Origin: Candidatus Omnitrophota bacterium
Lineage (GTDB): Bacteria; Omnitrophota; Gorgyraeia; Tantalellales; Tantalellaceae
NCBI GenBank assembly: GCA_043813915.1
Contig: JBDRKO010000001.1
Coordinates: 64,835 to 128,834 of the forward strand
Length of the DNA stretch: 64,000 bases
Direction: 5' to 3'
Below, in pieces: positions 57,537 to 64,000 of this stretch. A program made the translations under genes and the position numbers. Position 1 is the stretch's first letter. Every line of letters begins with the position of its first letter. The notes under the pieces are model-generated. The model was given only the letters and a program-made list of their open reading frames with translations. It was not told the DNA's origin and ran no database searches.

Positions 57537-57947
57537 TCATCCCTCGATAACCTTCACATAAACCTTGCGCCTGCGCGGACCGTCAAATTCGCATAGGTAT
57601 ATCCCCTGCCAGGTTCCCAAGAGAAGCTCGCCGTTGTCGACAGGTAAGCTGGAAGAGTTCCCGAATATAGATGCTTTTATGTGAGCGGCGGAGTTGCCTT
57701 CGGCATGATCATATCCGATATCCTCGGGGACCATATGTCCCAGGCCTTTTATGATATCTTTTCGGACATCAGGATCGGCGTTCTCGTTTATGGTGACAGC
57801 CGCGGTCGTATGAGGCGTAAATATATGGCACACCCCGCTTCTTACCCCGCTTCCGCGGACAAGAGGAGCAACGCTATCGGTTATCTCCAGTAATTGGACC
57901 TTATCGGATGACGCGACATCTATGGTGAAAACGCTTTTATTCGACAT
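57537..57947 (-). CDS. YjbQ/UPF0047-family protein
   Basis: HTTAAVTINENADPDVRKDI...GTWQGIYLCEFDGPR signature. Confidence 0.8.
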   Translation of the reverse strand: MSNKSVFTIDVASSDKVQLLEITDSVAPLVRGSGVRSGVCHIFTPHTTAAVTINENADPDVRKDIIKGLGHMVPEDIGYDHAEGNSAAHIKASIFGNSSSLPVDNGELLLGTWQGIYLCEFDGPRRRKVYVKVIEG

Positions 57948-59028
57948 ATTCGCTCAGTGCGGACCTCACAGGAAGTTCAGGGATATCCTCCACCACTTCG
58001 ACCTTCCCTATCCGCCTTGGAAGAATGAGCCTGCTCGTCCCCGAGATGAATTTTTTGTCGTAAGAATACGCTTTCATCACCTCTTCTACCCCGATCTTTT
58101 GGATCTTTTCCGGCAAACCCATTTTTTTGAGAAGTTTTTTCACGCGCATAAAATCTTTTTCCTTTAACATATCGAACCTTAGAGCTATCTCGCACGCAAG
58201 GAGCATCCCTAAGGCCACCGACTCACCGTGATTATATTTCGAGGAATAATCCGCTGCCGCTTCTATGGCATGTCCTAAAGTATGCCCGAAGTTCAGATCT
58301 ATCCTGATGTCTTTCACGTCCAGTTCGTCCTTCTCGACTATAGCGGCTTTTATCCCCGCGCACTCGTAGATCACTTTCTCTATAACATTACTATCCATGG
58401 ACAATATTTTTCCCGCGTTCTTCTCGATGAAGGCGAAAAACTCTTTACTGGCAATTATCCCGTATTTAACGACCTCCGCCAGGCCGTTAGAGACCTGCCT
58501 GTGAGGCAAGGTCTTCAGAAAATCCGTGTCCATAAGCACCAGTTTCGGCTGATAAAAAGCGCCCACCAGGTTCTTTGCTTCCGGCAGGTCCACTCCCACT
58601 TTACCGCCCACGGACGAATCTACCTGCGCTAACAATGTGGTCGGAACTTGGATAAGAGGCACTCCCCTTCTATAGGTAGCCGCTACAAACCCGGCTAGGT
58701 CCCCCACGACCCCGCCTCCTATCGCCACCACAACAGGGCGATGCCTTTTTGTTCTCTTCGCTATTTTCTGGGCGGTATCACGAAAAACCTCTATCGATTT
58801 GGACCTTTCTGAGGGAGGAACGCATATACAGAAACTTCCCTCTGACATATGCTTCAATACAGGCTCAATCTTTTTCTTCGCCTTTTTCCAAACGGTATTA
58901 TCGGTTATCACCGCCACGGGACCTCTAAGCCCTAGATCCTTTATGACTTCAGGCAATAGGGAGAAAACCCCGGATCCTATGATAATGTCGTATGATCTTT
59001 CCTTTAGGTTTAGATGTATTTTCTTCAT
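57937..59028 (-). CDS. aroB: 3-dehydroquinate synthase
   Basis: VAIGGGVVGDLAGFVAATYRRGVPLIQVPTTLLAQVDSSVGGKVG; start at MKKIHLNL. Confidence 0.85.
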   Translation of the reverse strand: MKKIHLNLKERSYDIIIGSGVFSLLPEVIKDLGLRGPVAVITDNTVWKKAKKKIEPVLKHMSEGSFCICVPPSERSKSIEVFRDTAQKIAKRTKRHRPVVVAIGGGVVGDLAGFVAATYRRGVPLIQVPTTLLAQVDSSVGGKVGVDLPEAKNLVGAFYQPKLVLMDTDFLKTLPHRQVSNGLAEVVKYGIIASKEFFAFIEKNAGKILSMDSNVIEKVIYECAGIKAAIVEKDELDVKDIRIDLNFGHTLGHAIEAAADYSSKYNHGESVALGMLLACEIALRFDMLKEKDFMRVKKLLKKMGLPEKIQKIGVEEVMKAYSYDKKFISGTSRLILPRRIGKVEVVEDIPELPVRSALSEYVE

Positions 59029-59086
59029 AGTAAGTGAAATATAGCATATAACATGCAAAAAGGCAAAAATTTAGCCAATATGGCAT

Positions 59087-59752
59087 CTATTGGTATCTCT
59101 CCAATAACGACATAGGGAAGCCTATATTTTCGATCTGTACATCTCCCGTAAACTCTCTTCCGGAGCCGCAAAAGAACCCTTTTTTAGGTAATCCAAAAGT
59201 TATAGTCTTAAAGGCCTTGATACATCCCTTTGCGGCATAACCAGTTGTGGCATCCAGCCCGGAGGGGACATCCACCGCATAGACCTTGACCTTCCCGGCG
59301 GATATCCTGCTAAATACTTTACGGCAATCTTCGGACAGCTCCCCCTTGAAACCTGTCCCAAAAACCGCGTCTATTATGATACTGAACGCTTCCTTTTCGG
59401 GTTCACTCAGGAACCCGTCTATCCCCTCTATCTCAACTCCCGCTTCCCTTGCTTTATTATAATTGTCTTCAGCCGCCCCATGCGCCATATCTCCCTCAAA
59501 GACCTTGTAAACCTTCAACAGGCCCGGCTTTGAGCTCAAAAGATATCTCGCGGCCACAAGTCCGTCACCGCCGTTATTCCCCTTACCGCATAGAACAGCT
59601 ATCCTTTCGTCCTCGGGGGAAGATGTATCCGCAAGAACGGTACGCGCAATGGACTCCCCGGCATTCTCCATAAGCGTTGATTGCGGAATACCGAATTCTT
59701 CCTGCGCCTTTTTATCTATCTCCGCCATTATCAGAGCTGAAACCGGTCTCAT
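59087..59752 (-). CDS. nnrE: NAD(P)H-hydrate epimerase (YjeF N-terminal domain)
   Basis: GKGNNGGDGLVAARYL motif; start at MRPVSALIM. Confidence 0.75.
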   Translation of the reverse strand: MRPVSALIMAEIDKKAQEEFGIPQSTLMENAGESIARTVLADTSSPEDERIAVLCGKGNNGGDGLVAARYLLSSKPGLLKVYKVFEGDMAHGAAEDNYNKAREAGVEIEGIDGFLSEPEKEAFSIIIDAVFGTGFKGELSEDCRKVFSRISAGKVKVYAVDVPSGLDATTGYAAKGCIKAFKTITFGLPKKGFFCGSGREFTGDVQIENIGFPMSLLERYQ

Positions 59753-59850
59753 CTTGCCTGCCCTTTCTAAAACAATTGACCAGGCCCTTTGCGGTAACCT
59801 GGTCAATTTTAATTCCGTCCTGTCAGATCGGTCTACAAGAACTCTACATA

Positions 59851-60180
59851 TTATTTTACCTTAGCCCCGGCTTCAACATCGGATTCGGGGATCAGTACAA
59901 TTGGACCGTCCGTTCCTCCCGCGGCCAAGATCATACCGTTCGATTCTTCTCCCCTGATCACGGCCGTCTCCAGATTGTTCACTACTATGACCTTTTTGCC
60001 GATAAGCTCTTCTCTGGAATATCTTCCCCTTATGCCCGCGACTATCTGTTTCTTTTCCTCTCCCACTCGTATCTGAATTACGTACAGTCTATCCGCGTCG
60101 GGATGTTCCTTTACTTCCAGAACTTCCGCCACCCTCAGGTCTATTTCCTTAAAACTATCGAAACTTATCTTTCCGTCCAC
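59851..60180 (-). CDS. tRNA-binding domain protein (CsaA/Myf-like)
   Basis: DLRVAEVLEVKEHPDADRLYV...VNNLETAVIRGEESNGMILAA. Confidence 0.7.
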   Translation of the reverse strand: MDGKISFDSFKEIDLRVAEVLEVKEHPDADRLYVIQIRVGEEKKQIVAGIRGRYSREELIGKKVIVVNNLETAVIRGEESNGMILAAGGTDGPIVLIPESDVEAGAKVK

Positions 60181-60485
60181 TATTTCCCCGCCTCTTTCTT
60201 TCCGGATGCAGGTGCCTCTTTCTTTCCGGGTGCAGGCGCTGTTTTCTTTGCGGCATCGGGATTCGCCACGTCCGCGCCTTCTTTAGCCTCTTCCCCTTCA
60301 GCGGCGGCCTTGGTCTTTTTGACCTTGAACTTTATACGTCTTACTTTAGGGATCTTATAGATAGAGTTCTTTTCTTCGTCCCATTTTTCCTTTTCCGTTA
60401 AGTCTTTTACCTTCTCGAATCTCTTAAGGACGGAACGGAACTTTCCGCCTACTTTACTTCCTTTTAAACTCGGATGTTGCGTCAT
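60180..60485 (-). CDS. hypothetical basic Lys/Ala-rich protein
   Basis: 101 aa, start overlaps the stop of the downstream tRNA-binding gene; no family recognised. Confidence 0.35.
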   Translation of the reverse strand: MTQHPSLKGSKVGGKFRSVLKRFEKVKDLTEKEKWDEEKNSIYKIPKVRRIKFKVKKTKAAAEGEEAKEGADVANPDAAKKTAPAPGKKEAPASGKKEAGK

Positions 60486-60599
60486 TTTTTCTCCTTATCA
60501 AGTGTAACGTGTAACCCTCAGCATTCTCTTCCCGACCTGGCACCTAACCTGCCGAATGTTAGATTCTAAAGGAAAACCCGTCCCGGGTCAAGCACGAAT

Positions 60600-61253
60600 T
60601 TATCCGTTCATACGCTTTATATAAGAATCTTTATACTCGGAAGACAGCTCTTCCTGCGCCTTTTTGACCTCTTCAATAGACCCATACCCTTCAATAGAGA
60701 TCTGATACCAAGATCCATTCTTCGTCATTACAGCATTATAACCCTTATCTTTAAGCTTTTCTTTCTCCGCTTCGGCCGAATCGGCATTCTTAAAAGAAGC
60801 CAGCCTTAAGTCATAGGTCTTTTCTGATAAAGGCTTTATTTCAGCTTCGACAGCGGCGGGGGTGTGCGTTTCATTGTCTTCGTATGCTAGGGGAAAGTCC
60901 TCCCCGTATTCTGCGGACGATATTTCTTCCTCCACTGCTTGTCCCTCATAGGTCAATTCTTCGGGGGCTACCTTCTCCCGGATCACCGAGGCTTCACTAT
61001 AAACCTTCTCCTGCGTCCCGGGACGCGCCGGCTCTCTTTGCCTGAAGGTCTTACCCTTTTCTACTCCTACGGCATAAGAGATTATCAGGAGCATAAGGAC
61101 AGCTATGGCCGAGATGACCGTGTATTCCACCGGAACTTTTATAACGGGAAGGAATCTCTGCCTGGGGTAGTTCTTAAAACGCCGCGGGCGGACTCCCGCG
61201 TCTCCCGTGAAACTCCCGTCGAACAGATCTACTTGTATCTTTTCTTCCTTCAT
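60600..61253 (-). CDS. SPOR-domain membrane protein
   Basis: Single TM helix then C-terminal SPOR fold (YDLRLASFKNADSAEAEKEKLKDKGYNAVMTKNGSWYQISIEGYGS). Confidence 0.6.
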   Translation of the reverse strand: MKEEKIQVDLFDGSFTGDAGVRPRRFKNYPRQRFLPVIKVPVEYTVISAIAVLMLLIISYAVGVEKGKTFRQREPARPGTQEKVYSEASVIREKVAPEELTYEGQAVEEEISSAEYGEDFPLAYEDNETHTPAAVEAEIKPLSEKTYDLRLASFKNADSAEAEKEKLKDKGYNAVMTKNGSWYQISIEGYGSIEEVKKAQEELSSEYKDSYIKRMNG

Positions 61254-61268
61254 TTATTCTTTACCTTC

Positions 61269-61937
61269 TCATTTCCCGGTCAGCATAAAAAGCGCGTTAA
61301 GAAAAGTCGGATTACCTTTATAATCAAGTACCGTAGCATACCATCCGTCCTCATCAAGAGAAAGGATGTTGTCTTTGATGCTCGGTTCCAAGGGATCCGT
61401 TATCTTAGGGGAAAAAGACATATTGATATTCAACGCTATTTCATCCTTGCCCTTGAAGTACTCATAGCTCCCGCGCACTTTCACATCTTCAGAAACAGCG
61501 TAAAGATCATATATTTTCAGCATGCGGCCGTCATAGTATAGGTTAAAGCGCACTGCATACCGCATTTCCGGATCGAACGGGAGCATCATAAGGTTCCCGG
61601 ATGATATCGAACCGTTTTTCACGGCCTTACCGAAAGATACTGTAACGCCTTTCAGAGAACAGGAAACTTCTGTCTTTTTGAAAGCGAATATTTCCTTCCA
61701 GTTCACATCTATCGACGCGGCTTCGGCGTTGACGATAATATCTTTCTTCGGAAGCTCGGCATTAACACCCTCTAAAAAAATATTCCCGCAGGAGAAACGG
61801 ATCTTTTCGTAATGCACCTTGCACCCGGCGGCTCTATCGGCAAGGAATACCGCCGCATCGCCGGCAAAGAAAAAGATCAAAGCGGCAAAAGATATCATGA
61901 CAGCGCATATCGTTAGAAATGCGGGCTTTTTCCTCAT
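61269..61937 (-). CDS. hypothetical membrane-anchored protein
   Basis: N-terminal TM anchor, ATGA overlap with the HD-GYP gene stop. Confidence 0.4.
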   Translation of the reverse strand: MRKKPAFLTICAVMISFAALIFFFAGDAAVFLADRAAGCKVHYEKIRFSCGNIFLEGVNAELPKKDIIVNAEAASIDVNWKEIFAFKKTEVSCSLKGVTVSFGKAVKNGSISSGNLMMLPFDPEMRYAVRFNLYYDGRMLKIYDLYAVSEDVKVRGSYEYFKGKDEIALNINMSFSPKITDPLEPSIKDNILSLDEDGWYATVLDYKGNPTFLNALFMLTGK

Positions 61938-63475
61938 GCTACGCCGAGTTCCTTATCAAGCAGCTTTCTTACATCCTTTCTGTGAACGGCCTCGCAAAGA
62001 GCTTCCACTATCGACGGGTCGAATTGTTTTCCGGCGCCGTTCCTCAGTTCTTTTATAGCGGTATCTACGGGCCGAGCCTTGCGGTAGGGCTTCTCCGTGA
62101 TCATAACCTCAAAAACGCTTATCACCGCGAGCATCCGAGCGGCAAGCGGTATATCTTTGCCTTTAAGCCCCTTCGGATAACCTTTCCCGTCGAACCGTTC
62201 GTGATGATAAAGTATTATCGGCACTATGGGCTTTAACGGTTTGAACTTTGATAATATCTCCGCGCCGGTCATGGGATGTTTTTTTATTATGTCATATTCA
62301 CGCCCCGTTAACCCGCCCTTTTTCATGAGCACCTTTTCCGGCACACCTATCTGCCCCGCATCGTGAAGCATAGCGGCATACTGCAGCATTTGCGTCTCTC
62401 TCTCGTTCATGTTGAATTTCGGGGCGATTATACTTATGAGTTTCACGAAGGACGCCTCCGCTCTGTGGGCGCCGTGCGAACGGTTCTGCAGAAGCCCCGC
62501 GATGCATTTTATGCTGCTCAAGGTTATATCAGCCTGCTCCTTATAAAGCTGGGCGTTCTTTATTCCGATGGCGGCCTGTTCCGACAGCGTTTTCATTATT
62601 TCCTGATCCGCCTGCGTGAACTCCTTTCCCTCGAATTTATCATACAGCGTTATGACCCCGACAACATCCTCATCTATCATGGGAACCGCGAGATAGTTCT
62701 TAGAGCGCACGGGAATCCCTTTTTTGACGGCTCTGCCCGGAGCATACTTGCCTATACGTACCTTTTTTAATTTTGTCTTTTTTTCCCTGAGATCTATGGT
62801 CGCCTTCGGAAGAAGTACTTTCCTCTTCTTATCGACGAGTTTTATCGAGCACCTGTTGGCGCGTATTACCTGCATGGAAAGACGCGCTATCCTAGGGATC
62901 AGTTCGTTAATATCAAGAGTGGACGTCATAAGCCTATGGAGAGTATGCACCGTAGACAGCGCCACGGCCCTGGGCCGTATATTCTCGTTAACCTCTTCAA
63001 GCTCGAATTCTTTTCTCACCTCGCGTATGACCGCGTCGGTCAGGGCGGTAAATATACTGCCTAGGTCTTCCGGAAGCTTGTTCTTAAATCCGCACATCAG
63101 GATAAAACCGAAAATGCTCTGTCCGCTTATAAGCGGATACGCGGCCCCGTGACAGGCCTTACCGTAACAAAAAAGACGTAACGCCCTTTTATCCCGCGTG
63201 TGCTTAATTACGCTCAGCACCTTATATATTTCTCTACGCACATCCCCTTTCCCGCCGGAGGACCTTTTTAAGTGCTCCTCGAGTTTTGTCTTTTTAAGCA
63301 TGCCGTATGACATCACCGCCGACGCGGGTATGAATATCCATTCCGGTTCTTTGATATAACGGCTGAACGCCCTTATTTCTTTTCTTCCCTGCCAGTTGTT
63401 CTTCAGGGTCGTAAAAAGTCTTTCGTTTTCCATATAAGTTTTCCCTCTTTCCCTATACAGGCTTAGTTCTCTCAC
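61934..63475 (-). CDS. GAF-domain HD-GYP c-di-GMP phosphodiesterase
   Basis: HDAGQIGVP ... HHERFDGKGYP (HD-GYP signature) preceded by GAF-like regions, 513 aa. Confidence 0.8.
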   Translation of the reverse strand: MRELSLYRERGKTYMENERLFTTLKNNWQGRKEIRAFSRYIKEPEWIFIPASAVMSYGMLKKTKLEEHLKRSSGGKGDVRREIYKVLSVIKHTRDKRALRLFCYGKACHGAAYPLISGQSIFGFILMCGFKNKLPEDLGSIFTALTDAVIREVRKEFELEEVNENIRPRAVALSTVHTLHRLMTSTLDINELIPRIARLSMQVIRANRCSIKLVDKKRKVLLPKATIDLREKKTKLKKVRIGKYAPGRAVKKGIPVRSKNYLAVPMIDEDVVGVITLYDKFEGKEFTQADQEIMKTLSEQAAIGIKNAQLYKEQADITLSSIKCIAGLLQNRSHGAHRAEASFVKLISIIAPKFNMNERETQMLQYAAMLHDAGQIGVPEKVLMKKGGLTGREYDIIKKHPMTGAEILSKFKPLKPIVPIILYHHERFDGKGYPKGLKGKDIPLAARMLAVISVFEVMITEKPYRKARPVDTAIKELRNGAGKQFDPSIVEALCEAVHRKDVRKLLDKELGVA

Positions 63476-64000
63476 ACCCTTTCATAAGGTTCGAAGAATG
63501 TTTTGTACTGATCCAAAGCATACCTGTCGGTCATGCCTGCCATATAGTCGCATATCACCCTGAACTTGTCTTCCTTTCCGATGCGCGATGAATATTGCGG
63601 AGGCAGCTGATCCGGATTTTTAATATACTCCCCGAAGAGACTGGTAAGGAAGCGCGCGGCCTTTTTAGACATCCTGACCACACGATAATGATTGTATAGT
63701 TTTTCGTACAGGACCTTCTTTAGTCCTTCTCTTTCACGGCACATATCCCCGGAGAACGATATCAACCTTCCGCCGTCAGGCGGGATATCTTCCGTTCTGA
63801 CCGGTTTCAGTTCTTTGAGATTTGCCGAGGCATTCTCTATTACGTCAGAGACCTGTTTGTTGATAAGATATCTTACTATCTGCGCCCGCTTTATGCCGTT
63901 TTCATTGTCCAGCCGGCGGGTCCCTTCCGAGAAAGATACCGCTTCATCCCATAATGCCGCGCCCTTAAGATCTTCGCCTGACAAAAATCCGCTTTTAAGA
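63472..64000 (-). CDS. dgt: dGTPase-like HD-domain triphosphohydrolase, C-terminal part only (gene continues past the window end)
   Basis: RVICDYMAGMTDRYALDQY C-terminal motif; open reading frame continues beyond the window end. Confidence 0.65.
   Translation of the reverse strand, partial: LKSGFLSGEDLKGAALWDEAVSFSEGTRRLDNENGIKRAQIVRYLINKQVSDVIENASANLKELKPVRTEDIPPDGGRLISFSGDMCREREGLKKVLYEKLYNHYRVVRMSKKAARFLTSLFGEYIKNPDQLPPQYSSRIGKEDKFRVICDYMAGMTDRYALDQYKTFFEPYERV

Overview
This is a 64-kb bacterial chromosomal segment with about 50% GC. Almost every gene is on the minus strand and nearly all have housekeeping homologues. I found no rRNA, tRNA, CRISPR array, IS element or prophage.

Reading along the minus strand from high to low coordinates, the content is:

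(i) the 3' end of a dgt-like dGTPase gene, then a GAF/HD-GYP c-di-GMP phosphodiesterase, a SPOR-domain protein, NAD(P)H-hydrate epimerase, aroB, a YjbQ-family protein and a thioesterase.

(ii) An ExeA/GspA AAA ATPase and a GspB partner in one block with two PilZ-domain proteins and a strongly expressed small secreted protein.

(iii) A complete division/cell-wall (dcw) cluster from mraZ to ftsA with no ftsZ after ftsA. It is followed by proC-yggT-yggU-mtnP-ileS-dksA-like-lspA-lgt-rluD-aroA.

(iv) mreBCD-mrdA-rodA.

(v) A TIGR03960 radical-SAM gene, then a full type IV pilus (T4P) gene block, then DUF2344, RNase G and the minor pilins pilVWX. The T4P block carries a degenerate-GGDEF membrane protein, pilT, a stand-alone MshEN-like c-di-GMP-binding domain, two tandem pilB/gspE ATPases, pilC, two GspG-like pilins and pilMNOPQ.

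(vi) rplU-rpmA-obg.

The most novel-looking feature is a c-di-GMP control layer around the pilus genes. An intact MshEN receptor is encoded as its own gene, while both PilB paralogues carry decayed MshEN motifs, and a degenerate GGDEF protein (SSDEF in place of GGDEF), two PilZ proteins and an HD-GYP enzyme are also present.

The second notable feature is a set of modular interspersed intergenic repeats. A roughly 130-bp element lies in inverted copies at both ends of the dcw cluster, one copy exactly where ftsZ is normally found. A 550-bp repeat-filled spacer with a roughly 110-nt hairpin separates ftsW from murG.

Feature coordinates follow the supplied ORF track. Promoters, terminators and repeats were placed by eye and may be off by 1-2 nt. 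The PVC-type pilin N-terminus (ACxSNLKQI) hints at a PVC-superphylum-like organism, but that is only a guess.
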